Below, in pieces: positions 1-7,868 of a DNA stretch of 64,000 nucleotides (its first letter is position 1; the number at the start of each line of letters is the position of its first letter). A program made the position numbers and the translations under genes. The notes under the pieces were generated by a model. That model searched no databases. It saw only the letters and a list, made by a program, of their open reading frames with translations, and was not told the origin of the DNA. The DNA lies in contig JAUWIJ010000005.1 in NCBI GenBank assembly GCA_030605415.1, positions 2,375 to 66,374 on the forward strand, written 5' to 3'. The stretch comes from an archaeon. Lineage in GTDB: Archaea > Nanobdellota > Nanobdellia > Pacearchaeales > GW2011-AR1.

Positions 1-744
1 ACTGACTGGCAACCAGACAATCCAAGAACCGAGAATTGGAATCATTGATACAATGCATGCGATGAATGTTAAAGTTAGGGCGTTAGAAACTCCCAGAAAA
101 AATAGACACGCTCCGACCGCCAGACCTTGAACAATTCCAATGAAAACTTGTCCGAAAACTATTGCATTAGTTATTCCCCTGAATTCTTTAAGAATTTTTG
201 CTTCCGTAGCATCGGAAAACGGGGATAGTGTTGAAATATATTCCCGAAGTTCATTGGCGTCTCGTGTTGCAAAGTAAAATGTAAAAAAGAAAACTGCAAA
301 TTGAAGAAGTAATGACGGAAAATTTTTGACTAATATTTTGAATTGATCTAAAGATGTTGAGAAAAGTTTGCCTATAATATTATCAAGATTTATTGCTAAA
401 GTCGATGATATGTTGCTCTGAACAAAATTATTTATGTATTCTCCAAAATTGAAGTTTTGAAGCAGAACATATATTTCAAAGAGCTGGTTGACTAAAATTG
501 GAACCATATAAATTATTGGAATTGCGATTAGTATTATTAATCCGAAAAGAAGTATGAGAGCTGATAGGGTTTTTCTTTTGACTCGTGTTAGAATTTTTTT
601 ATAAACTGGATTAAAAATATAGGCAAAAAGAAGTCCGAATATTATCGGTATAATTATTTCTTTTAAAATAAAAAATGTCAGAACAAAAATACCGAGGATT
701 ATTGCACCGGCTATACCTCTCTTTATATCTTTATAATCTGCCAT
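1..744 (-). CDS. AI-2E family transporter (PerM/UPF0118-like permease), partial; C-terminus runs off the window
   Basis: Not in the ORF track because it is open at the window edge. My reverse-strand translation from ATG at 744 reads MADYKDIKRGIAGAIILGIFVLTFFILKEIIIPIIFGLLFAYIFNPVY... with no stop down to position 1. Multi-TM pattern and a MIPILGSW-type motif fit the family. Confidence 0.6.
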   Translation of the reverse strand, partial: MADYKDIKRGIAGAIILGIFVLTFFILKEIIIPIIFGLLFAYIFNPVYKKILTRVKRKTLSALILLFGLIILIAIPIIYMVPILVNQLFEIYVLLQNFNFGEYINNFVQSNISSTLAINLDNIIGKLFSTSLDQFKILVKNFPSLLLQFAVFFFTFYFATRDANELREYISTLSPFSDATEAKILKEFRGITNAIVFGQVFIGIVQGLAVGACLFFLGVSNALTLTFIACIVSMIPILGSWIVWLPVS

Positions 745-762
745 AATAATCTATGAATTGAC

Positions 763-854
763 AATTTATAAAGTTTCGGAAAACGGGCAGAAGAATTTAT
801 AAAGAGATTTCAGAGAAGTTTTATGAATAAATTTTCTACGGAAAATTTATAAAG
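763..854 (+). promoter_or_regulatory. three spaced TATA-box-like AATTTATAAAG motifs upstream of 872..1576
   Basis: AATTTATAAAG occurs at 763, 794 and 844. The same TTTATAAA(G) motif sits about 25-30 nt upstream of several other starts in this window. Confidence 0.4.
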
Positions 855-871
855 AGATTTTATGTTTTTGT

Positions 872-1576
872 GTGATGATTATGAAGAAGATTTTTGGTGG
901 TATTTTTGATAACGAGGTGCATGTGGCATTTTTGCGATTTGGTCGAGGGCAATATAAAAATAAATATTTGCTACATGGAAAAAGGCAGGCAAAGAATTGG
1001 GCAGTTAAAACGGGAGCGGAATATACAAATTTTTTGGTGAGAAGTTGTCTGGGAAAAATTGATGGATATGTTGCGATTAGGGGAGTTATTGTTTCGACTT
1101 TGGATTTGAAAAATGAGATTGAATTTGAAATTAAAAAAGTTAGTAATTTTCAGGGTGTTCGAAAATATATTATTGATATTGAAGTTGAGCCCTCGAAAAT
1201 TTTAGATTTGATGAATAAATATCCGAAGGGTTTTTTTGCTTTAAGTTTTAAGGGAGAGGGTTTTGTTTTGAAGATTAAAGCAAAGGCACCGAAAAATGGG
1301 AAGCCGGGAAAGGATGACAAGAAGCCGGTTGCTGATTTTTGTTCTCTGAAAACTGAGGATAGGGCAATTATTGATGAGTTGTTTTTCGGAGTTGGAGATT
1401 TTCAAGAGATTTCTATTAGCCATGAGATTGATGTAACCGATATTATTTATCCTGCAGATATAGAAAATTTGAAGCCGATTGAGATTAGAGAATTGGCGAA
1501 GAGAAAGGGTGTTATTAAAAGAGATATTGATGTGGACGGAATTATAAAAATGCGTGAAGTTGAATTTGTGGCGTAG
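872..1576 (+). CDS. hypothetical protein (start more likely ATG 875 or 881)
   Basis: Long ORF with a TATA-like motif about 30 nt upstream. I recognise no family. Confidence 0.5.
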   Translation: MMIMKKIFGGIFDNEVHVAFLRFGRGQYKNKYLLHGKRQAKNWAVKTGAEYTNFLVRSCLGKIDGYVAIRGVIVSTLDLKNEIEFEIKKVSNFQGVRKYIIDIEVEPSKILDLMNKYPKGFFALSFKGEGFVLKIKAKAPKNGKPGKDDKKPVADFCSLKTEDRAIIDELFFGVGDFQEISISHEIDVTDIIYPADIENLKPIEIRELAKRKGVIKRDIDVDGIIKMREVEFVA

Positions 1577-1610
1577 TAAGATTTAAATATAAGAAATTGT
1601 TTTAGATATC

Positions 1611-1982
1611 ATGAGGATTGATTGGGTTGCTGTTGTTGGAATTTTTGTTGCTTTGCTTTTGCTTGGTGGTATCCTTTGGGGAATTCCTAATTATAAGGTT
1701 TATGCTCGTGAGTTAAACGGGAAGGCACAATTGAGAGAGGCGGAATGGAATAGGCAGATTGCGGTTCAGGAAGCGGAGGCATTGAAGGAGTCGGCAAAAT
1801 TAAAAGCGGATGCTGAAGTTATTCGAGCGAAGGGAATTGCTGAGGCGAATGAAATTATTTCTGAAAGTTTAACTGAAAGATATATTCAATATAAGTTTGT
1901 CGAGGGGTTGAATGACGGAAATACCGAGGTGATATATGTACCGACTGAAGCGAATTTGCCAATTTTGGAAGCTAGGGGTTGA
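1611..1982 (+). CDS. N-terminally membrane-anchored SPFH/band-7 (prohibitin-like) short protein
   Basis: N-terminal TM helix followed by an Ala/Glu-rich coiled segment (AEALKESAKLKADAEVIRAKGIAEANEII) typical of SPFH C-terminal regions. Confidence 0.45.
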   Translation: MRIDWVAVVGIFVALLLLGGILWGIPNYKVYARELNGKAQLREAEWNRQIAVQEAEALKESAKLKADAEVIRAKGIAEANEIISESLTERYIQYKFVEGLNDGNTEVIYVPTEANLPILEARG

Positions 1983-2219
1983 TTAATCAAACCAGCCCAA
2001 CTTATCCCACTTATCCAATTTTTTAATTTGATATTCGGCTTTTTGTGCGTCAGATCTACTGGAACATTTTTTGGTTCGTAAAAGTTTTCTGAATTTTTTC
2101 TGGCGGACATATTTACTACCTTTGCCTTCGGCGTGAATTTTCATTCGTTTGTCGAGGTCGTTGGTAACGCCAGTATAAAAAGAACCATCTTGGCATTCGA
2201 GAATATAAACGAACCACAG
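1983..2219 (-). CDS. GIY-YIG nuclease domain protein (UPF0213/YhbQ-like); no canonical start at the domain boundary
   Basis: WFVYILECQDGSFYTGVTNDLDKRMKIHAEGKGSKYV matches the GIY-YIG core. The in-frame sequence upstream of 2219 is heptamer repeat, not protein-like. Confidence 0.65.
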   Translation of the reverse strand: MWFVYILECQDGSFYTGVTNDLDKRMKIHAEGKGSKYVRQKKFRKLLRTKKCSSRSDAQKAEYQIKKLDKWDKLGWFD

Positions 2220-2224
2220 TGCCT

Positions 2225-2410
2225 GGCACTGAGGTATTTGGTATTTGGGATTTGGGATTTGCAAGCGAGGGACACGAGCGAGGTATTTGGGATTTGGGAT
2301 TTGGGATTCGTGGGAGAGGGGAAGGGGAAACTGGTATTTGGGATTTGGGATTTGTGGGGACAGGGAACGGGGAAGCGAGGGACGAGACGAGGGATTTGGG
2401 ATTTGTGGAA
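2225..2410. repeat. mosaic repeat built from GGTATTT/GGGATTT heptamer arrays
   Basis: Runs of GGTATTT-GGGATTT-GGGATTT are separated by GAGGGACACGAGCGAGG-type linkers. Related copies lie at 54300-54480 and 60020-60095. Confidence 0.85.
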
Positions 2411-2476
2411 TGCTATGTGGTTTGTCAGTGCCGATTAGTCCAAGAAATGATTTTGGTTGCTTGGTTTTTATTTCCA

Positions 2477-3127
2477 TTATATATTGAGGTTTTTTTGTTT
2501 TGCACAGGATGAACAAATGAGGGCGGTATCTTTTAAGGACATATAATATCTGTTGCCTTGTTCAAGAATGTTGTTGAATTTCTCCCAGCCTTTTTCGATT
2601 GTTAGTTTGCCTGAAATAACTCTTTCTGGAACTTTTGATGCTTTTTCTAATAAATCGATTCGTTTCTTGAACATTTTGTAGTGATAGAGATTTGGCTTCG
2701 CGGATTTTGATATTTTTTTATTACAGCTGTAACAGTTTGTTTGTGTCATTAAAAGTTCCTGTTCGCGAATTGCCCACTGAAGTTGAAAGTCTGCGTCTTG
2801 TATTAGATGTTTGTAGTTTCCGATGCCACCGAGTCGATTAAATGTTAAAGTGATTGTTTCTTCTGCGGTATTTATATTGGAAATGATAATTTCGCCGATT
2901 TTTCGGGAGTATCTCCAGATTGGGTATTTCTTTTCTTTTCGCGGAGTTATGGTGAGTTTGCCTATCCGATAAGCTTTCGCACCTGCTTTGATTTTTCCAA
3001 TCATTAAATCTTTTTTTCTTCGAATAGCCCACTCTTTTTTTTCGGCAGACTTTTTCGCGATAGTTTTGTCTTTTTTAGAAATGTAACCTTTTTCGCCCGG
3101 GAGAATGTTCGGAGTTTTTATTGTCAT
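2477..3127 (-). CDS. hypothetical protein with CxxC...CxxC zinc-ribbon-like motifs
   Basis: 216-aa ORF containing CYSCNKK and CSSCAKQ pairs. No family recognised. Confidence 0.5.
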   Translation of the reverse strand: MTIKTPNILPGEKGYISKKDKTIAKKSAEKKEWAIRRKKDLMIGKIKAGAKAYRIGKLTITPRKEKKYPIWRYSRKIGEIIISNINTAEETITLTFNRLGGIGNYKHLIQDADFQLQWAIREQELLMTQTNCYSCNKKISKSAKPNLYHYKMFKKRIDLLEKASKVPERVISGKLTIEKGWEKFNNILEQGNRYYMSLKDTALICSSCAKQKNLNI

Positions 3128-3311
3128 AAAGGAAAAAGGGAAAGGAGGTTTTTAAGAGTTGTTGGTGGGGTAATTCGCTATAAATCGGAAATTAAAAATG
3201 TTTTATGAGCACAATAATTTATTTAAAGTCAAAATAGAAGTTAAATTTTTTCAACCTATTTATAAATCAGCTAAATAATCCTCTTTCTTAAATAATTAAA
3301 AATTGCAATAT

Positions 3312-3326
3312 AAAGTTTTATAAAGG
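3312..3326 (+). promoter_or_regulatory. TATA-box-like AAAGTTTTATAAAGG, candidate promoter of the L3 operon
   Basis: Motif and the following 20 nt resemble 54549-54585, which lies upstream of L21e. Confidence 0.4.
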
Positions 3327-3465
3327 CATTTTTCTGGTTATTTTTAAGGTTCCATCCAAAACTTAAATGTTTGGATGAAGAGAATTTTGTGATTGGTTGG
3401 TCACGATAAAACGCAAGTGCTATTGCTTAATTATCAGATAGTTAGAGCTATCAGGACATACAAGA

Positions 3466-4467
3466 ATGACAGATAACAATGGAATACGAAGTGGAAGTTT
3501 GCAGTTTTACCCGAGGGTGCGAGCTAAGAAAGTTGTGCCTAGTGTGAATTGGAAACCGGTTTCCAAAGACGGTGTTGGGCTTATGGGTTTTGTTGGGTAT
3601 AAGGTTGGGATGATTTCTGTTTGGGCAAAAGACGGGACTGAGCATTCTATGACAAAAGGTAAAAGGATTTCTATTCCGGCGACTGTTGTTGAGTGTCCTG
3701 TTATGAAAATTTATTCGGTTCGATTCTATAAAAATGGGAAAGTGAGTAAAGACGTTGTTGTTTCTAATGATAAAGATTTGAAAAAGAGTGTTAAACTTTC
3801 TAAGTCGGTTGGTGAATTTAAGGATGTCGTCGCACCCAAGGGTGTACCTCCTGCCCAGATGGCATCTGCTGACGCAGACAAGGTCGGCAATTTTGACGAC
3901 GTTAGGGTGATTATGTATTCTGGCGTGAGAAAAACTTGTGTTGACAAAAACAAGGCAGATATGATTGAGGTTGGGGTTTCGGGTTCTAACGACGAGAAAC
4001 TGGCTTTTATTAAAGAGAATATTGGAAAGGAAATTTTGGTTGGTGATGTTTTTAGTGAAGGGCTCGTTGATGTTCGGGGTGTTACAAAAGGTTATGGAAC
4101 ACAGGGTCCTATGAAAAGATTTGGCATTGCATTGAAATCGCATAAGTCTGAAAAGGGAAGGCGAAGACCTGGCTCTTTGGCACCGTGGCATCCGTCGAGA
4201 GTTACTTTCCGAGCACCTCAGGCTGGGCAAACTGGTTATCATAATAGAATTAGTTATAATAATTTGATTTTAGAAATTGGTAAAATTAAAGAAAAGGATA
4301 TTAACAAGAAAGGTGGGTTTGAACATTATGGGGTTATTAAGACTGATTATATAATTTTGAAGGGTTCGATTCCGGGACCGAAGAAAAGAGGACTTATGGT
4401 TACTACTGCTATTAGACCAACTAAATATCTTGCTAAGAAAAAATTTGAGGTAATTGAGTTACGATGA
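3466..4467 (+). CDS. rpl3: 50S ribosomal protein L3 (uL3), with an in-frame repeat insertion
   Basis: GYKVGM, TKGYGTQGPMKRFG and HKSEKGRRRPGSLAPWHPSRV motifs; first gene of an L3-L4-L23-L2 order. Confidence 0.95.
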   Translation: MTDNNGIRSGSLQFYPRVRAKKVVPSVNWKPVSKDGVGLMGFVGYKVGMISVWAKDGTEHSMTKGKRISIPATVVECPVMKIYSVRFYKNGKVSKDVVVSNDKDLKKSVKLSKSVGEFKDVVAPKGVPPAQMASADADKVGNFDDVRVIMYSGVRKTCVDKNKADMIEVGVSGSNDEKLAFIKENIGKEILVGDVFSEGLVDVRGVTKGYGTQGPMKRFGIALKSHKSEKGRRRPGSLAPWHPSRVTFRAPQAGQTGYHNRISYNNLILEIGKIKEKDINKKGGFEHYGVIKTDYIILKGSIPGPKKRGLMVTTAIRPTKYLAKKKFEVIELR

Positions 4468-4742
4468 AAACAAGAACACAAAACGATAACTCTTTATGTG
4501 GACAAAACTTGCAGTGTTTAAATTATAATAAAGAAGGTTGTTTGATGTATCATACTGGTGTTTGTGATGGTATTATTACATGGGATAATAATCAGCAAGT
4601 TTATTTTGCTGGAGGTGAAAAAAATGGGAGATGTTATTCTTCTGACATTTTAGTGGTGAGAGTATTGGGATTTAAAAGAGCAAGAAAACAAACTAAACTT
4701 CTTGAAAATATTGCAGATAAATTGGGGGCTGACTTTTTATAA
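4464..4742 (+). CDS. orphan small Cys-rich protein inserted between L3 and L4
   Basis: ATGA overlap with the L3 stop and TAATG overlap with the L4 start. Flanked by a direct repeat of ATGAAAACAA (4464 and 4742). No family recognised. Confidence 0.55.
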   Translation: MKTRTQNDNSLCGQNLQCLNYNKEGCLMYHTGVCDGIITWDNNQQVYFAGGEKNGRCYSSDILVVRVLGFKRARKQTKLLENIADKLGADFL

Positions 4743-5572
4743 TGAAAACAAAACTATTTGACAAAAACGGGAAAGCGAAAGGTGATGTAGCTTTGCCTAA
4801 GAATTTTTCGGTTAAGATTCGGGAAGATATTTTGGCTAAGGTGTTTGAAGCGCAGAAAGGTCTTTATGCTCAGGTCTATGGTGCGATGGAAGGTGCTGGT
4901 GCCCAGTATTCTGCTTCTGGTATTTCAAAGAAAAAACGGCATGATTGGAAGGCAACCTATGGTAAGGGAATTTCCAGAATTCCGAGAAAAATTATGTCGA
5001 GGCATGGTGCTTCGTTTAATTGGATTGGTGCAACCGTTGCAAGTACTCGAGGTGGACGAAGACCACATGCTCCAAGAAGTGCGAAGAATTTAATTAAGAA
5101 AATTAATAAGAAAGAACTTTTGATTGCTTTTGATTCTGCTTTAGCTGGAACGGTTGATGTGAAATCTTTGGAGAAAAAATATGGGGGGAAGGTAAATAGT
5201 GGTTTTGTTTTTGGCGCTGATATTTTAGAGATTAAAACAAAAGATTTTATTGCGGCTATGAAGAAAGTTTTTGGTGACGCTTTTGGTACTATTTTGAAAC
5301 ATAAGTCAATTCGGGCTGGTATCGGGAAGATGAGAGGTAGAAAATATAAGTCGAACGCTGGACTATTATTCGTTATCGGGAATGATGAGGGTATGAAAAG
5401 AAAAGGTGTAGAAGTTGTTCGGGTTGTTGATTTAACGATTAAGGATTTGTCGCCGAACGGAGAACCAGGGCGATTAGTTTGTTATAGTGAGAAGGCAATT
5501 AAAGATATTGAGGAAAGGTTTGGCAAAGCCAAATCATTTGCAAATGCAAACATTTCCAAGAGGTTTAAATAA
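4742..5572 (+). CDS. rpl4: 50S ribosomal protein L4 (uL4)
   Basis: KATYGKGISRIPR and GGRRPHAPR motifs plus operon position. Confidence 0.93.
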   Translation: MKTKLFDKNGKAKGDVALPKNFSVKIREDILAKVFEAQKGLYAQVYGAMEGAGAQYSASGISKKKRHDWKATYGKGISRIPRKIMSRHGASFNWIGATVASTRGGRRPHAPRSAKNLIKKINKKELLIAFDSALAGTVDVKSLEKKYGGKVNSGFVFGADILEIKTKDFIAAMKKVFGDAFGTILKHKSIRAGIGKMRGRKYKSNAGLLFVIGNDEGMKRKGVEVVRVVDLTIKDLSPNGEPGRLVCYSEKAIKDIEERFGKAKSFANANISKRFK

Positions 5573-5573
5573 A

Positions 5574-5963
5574 ATGTGGTGGAAAAAGAAGATTGTTGAA
5601 AGGAAGTTTGGGGACTTTAGGAAAGGAATAGAATATATGGATTATCTTGAAAGTATGGAAATATATCGCCGTAATGTAGTTAATATAAATAGTGATATAA
5701 AGACAAGAGTTCCTGTTAATTTAGAAGATCCAAAGGATATAGCTCAGGAACAAGAATGTATGGATGATTTTAAAAAAAGAGTTTTATTATTTGAAGATTG
5801 TTTTCAAAGTGCGTATAAAAAAGCACGAGATATAGAAGATGGATATGGATATGAATATAATAATAGAGGGAAATATGGATATAGGGGATTTGCTTGTGGA
5901 GCTGAAAGAGTATTAAAGGTTTTTGATGAAATTAAACAGGATACTTTGGAGAAACTTAAATAA
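5574..5963 (+). CDS. orphan protein inserted between L4 and L23
   Basis: ATG lies 1 nt after the L4 stop (internal Met of ORF-track 5487..5963). Flanked by a 12-nt direct repeat TTAAATAAAATG (5565 and 5956). Confidence 0.5.
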   Translation: MWWKKKIVERKFGDFRKGIEYMDYLESMEIYRRNVVNINSDIKTRVPVNLEDPKDIAQEQECMDDFKKRVLLFEDCFQSAYKKARDIEDGYGYEYNNRGKYGYRGFACGAERVLKVFDEIKQDTLEKLK

Positions 5964-5964
5964 A

Positions 5965-6222
5965 ATGGTAAAAACAATAATTTTAGAGAAGATTAAATCT
6001 ACGGAAAAACTTGTTCGGCAGATTGAGTCGGATAATATTTTGGCTTTTATAGTTGATAGAGCGATTAGCAAGAAGGAAGTTAGAGATGAAGTTGAGAATT
6101 TATTTGATGTTAAAGTTGCAAAAGTTCGAACACACACTTTGAAAAATAAGAAGATTGCTTATGTTAAATTAAAGGCGGATTATCCAGCGGTGGATGTTGC
6201 GACCAAGTTGGGGATGATGTAA
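5965..6222 (+). CDS. rpl23: 50S ribosomal protein L23 (uL23)
   Basis: MVKTIILEKIKSTEK...FIVDRAISKKEVRDEVENLFDVKVAKVRT is a typical L23. Start taken at the internal Met of ORF-track 5923..6222. Confidence 0.92.
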   Translation: MVKTIILEKIKSTEKLVRQIESDNILAFIVDRAISKKEVRDEVENLFDVKVAKVRTHTLKNKKIAYVKLKADYPAVDVATKLGMM

Positions 6223-6356
6223 ATGAAATCAAAGATTTCATTTACGGTGTTCGGAGTTCGGGTTGTCGGTGTTACCCTCACAAATATAAAGGAAAATCAG
6301 GTTGGGGCAGGCCCTCGGGGCTTGGGCAACTGTTGTTATGGGAGGTTATTGTTAAA
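6223..6356 (+). repeat. mosaic intercistronic element, copy E1 (hairpin + heptamers + core + tail)
   Basis: ATGAAATCAAAGATTTCAT hairpin directly after the L23 TAA; GGTGTTC-type words; core TACCCTCACAAATATAAAGGAAAATCAGGTTGGGGCAG at 6273-6310; GGGGCTTGGGCAACT tail; GGGAGG before the L2 ATG. Confidence 0.9.
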
Positions 6357-7055
6357 ATGGGAAAGAGAATAATTCAACAGCGACGCGGAAGGGGTGGACA
6401 TACTTATAAGACCAGAGAGAAAGCTGGGAAAATTAGGCCAGGTTATGCTTCTGGTTTGAAGGGTGAATTTGAGTGTGTGAAACTGATTGCGTCGGTTGGG
6501 CATTCTGTTCCAATTGCAAAGTTCATGAATAAGGGCGGTGAGATCTTCCATAATTTTTCGGTTGATTTATTATATGTTGGGCAGAAAATTGGCATTAATG
6601 GAAATAAGCCGGGTGATATTGCGAAGCTTGGGGATTTGAAGAATGGGACTGAGGTTTTTAATATTGAGTATAATCCTAAGGATGGAGGAAAGTTTGTCAG
6701 AACTGGTGGGAATTTTGGGACAATTATGGCGAAAGAGGGAGATGTTGTTAAGATTATGATGCCGTCGAAAAAGGTGAAGAAATTTAACGTGAATTGCAGG
6801 GCGACTGTTGGTCGGGCTGCGGGAGATGGTAGAATGGATAAGCCGATTTTGAAGGCGGGTAAGAAGTTTTATATAATGAAAACAAAATCTAAATTATGGC
6901 CGAGAACTTCTGCTGTTAAGATGAATGCTATTGACCATCCGTTTGGTAGTGGTCGGGGGAAAAGAATGAAAAGTAAAATTGCTAAGAGAAATGCGTCGCC
7001 GGGTAAGAAGGTTGGTTTAATTAGACCGAGAAGAACAGGGAGGAAGAAAAGATGA
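6357..7055 (+). CDS. rpl2: 50S ribosomal protein L2 (uL2)
   Basis: MGKRIIQQRRGRGG start, DHPFGSGRGK motif, operon position. Confidence 0.95.
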   Translation: MGKRIIQQRRGRGGHTYKTREKAGKIRPGYASGLKGEFECVKLIASVGHSVPIAKFMNKGGEIFHNFSVDLLYVGQKIGINGNKPGDIAKLGDLKNGTEVFNIEYNPKDGGKFVRTGGNFGTIMAKEGDVVKIMMPSKKVKKFNVNCRATVGRAAGDGRMDKPILKAGKKFYIMKTKSKLWPRTSAVKMNAIDHPFGSGRGKRMKSKIAKRNASPGKKVGLIRPRRTGRKKR

Positions 7056-7154
7056 AATCTTCGATTGCATCTTTTCGGGTGGTCGGTGGTTCGGACGCTT
7101 CGCTGGTCGGTGTTCGGGGCTTGAGCAACTTGACATGGAGGGGGATGAAATAAA
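7052..7154 (+). repeat. mosaic intercistronic element, copy E2 (core-less)
   Basis: ATGAAATC overlaps the L2 TGA; degenerate hairpin; GGTCGGTGGTTCGGACGCTTCGCTGGTCGGTGTTCGGGGCTTGAGCAACT; GGAGGGGG before the next ATG. Confidence 0.9.
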
Positions 7155-7466
7155 ATGGCAATTTTAATGGATGGCATGGAAAGAGAAAGGGCATGTGTTT
7201 CTTATTTGGAATCTCTTGGGGTACTTGATAGTGAAAGTTTATGTCTTGCTGGGCATAAATATATACTTCGTGTAGATGATGAAGATTCTTTTTATCAAAT
7301 AGCAGAAGCTACTGGAGTTGATAGAATTATAAATTATGATGGTGATGGTTTGGATTTTGAGATACAAATTCCATCAAAACCGCGTAACGATACATGGTTT
7401 GTGTTTTTGAGTTATTGCAAAAGTGACGCTTTTTTAAATAAATATAATATAGGGGGAACACAATAA
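7155..7466 (+). CDS. orphan protein inserted between L2 and S19
   Basis: 103-aa ORF preceded by element E2 and followed 2 nt later by the S19 ATG. No family recognised. Confidence 0.5.
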   Translation: MAILMDGMERERACVSYLESLGVLDSESLCLAGHKYILRVDDEDSFYQIAEATGVDRIINYDGDGLDFEIQIPSKPRNDTWFVFLSYCKSDAFLNKYNIGGTQ

Positions 7467-7468
7467 TA

Positions 7469-7867
7469 ATGGTAGAAACAATACAAAAGAGAGATAAAAG
7501 CAAATTTTATCGGGGGAAGAAAACTGAAGAATTAAAATCGGTTGATACCCGGGAGTTTGCGAAGTTGGTTAAGGCTCGAGAGAGAAGAACGATTTTGAGA
7601 AACTATGATGTTATCGAGGCTTTTGTTGCGAAGTGTGAGAAAAACACTCTGAAAAATAAACCAATAAAAACCCATGATAGAAGTTTGGTTATTGTTCCAA
7701 AAATGGTCGGTAAAACTATTGGGGTTCATAATGGAAAGGAGTTTAGTAAGGTTGTCATTGTTGAAGAAATGTTGGGACATAGATTGGGTGAATTTTCTAT
7801 GACGAGAAAAATTGCAAAACATACATCCGTTGGAGGCGGAGCTAAAAAGAAGGTGGTAGATAAATAA
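7469..7867 (+). CDS. rps19: 30S ribosomal protein S19 (uS19)
   Basis: GKTIGVHNGKEF and GHRLGEFSMTRK motifs. Confidence 0.95.
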   Translation: MVETIQKRDKSKFYRGKKTEELKSVDTREFAKLVKARERRTILRNYDVIEAFVAKCEKNTLKNKPIKTHDRSLVIVPKMVGKTIGVHNGKEFSKVVIVEEMLGHRLGEFSMTRKIAKHTSVGGGAKKKVVDK

Positions 7868-7868
7868 A

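Noticed and set aside
2225-2410. GGGATTT arrays as telomere-like repeats.
   Set aside because: The unit is TTTGGGA/GGGATTT, not the TTTAGGG type. The arrays are short, interstitial, interspersed with linkers, and part of the mosaic family.
2133-2516. Plus-strand ORFs 2133..2438, 2219..2512 and 2245..2487, plus the N-terminal 100 codons of minus ORF 1983..2516. The same applies to 54087..54491 and 54289..54537.
   Set aside because: They are translations of heptamer tandem repeats (GIWDLGF.. or QIPNPKY.. periodic peptides) in several frames at once, so this is not coding signal.
3451-4242. Long minus-strand ORFs antisense to r-protein genes (3451..4242, 7532..8440, 7983..8456, 8900..9427, 9707..10276, 11624..12046, 14607..14975, 16335..16739 and similar).
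   Set aside because: They overlap strongly supported r-protein CDSs on the plus strand and have low-complexity, unprotein-like composition (runs of N, F, L, S). Their frames are kept open by the purine-rich sense strand.
6223-6372. Treating the element-spanning ORFs (for example MKSKISFTVFGVRVVGVTLTNIKENQVGAG...) as genuine conserved small-protein genes.
   Set aside because: The same DNA modules are read in different frames in different copies, so there is no conserved peptide. G/T-rich words are stop-free by composition. I report them as open frames that may matter for ribosome transit, not as CDS features.
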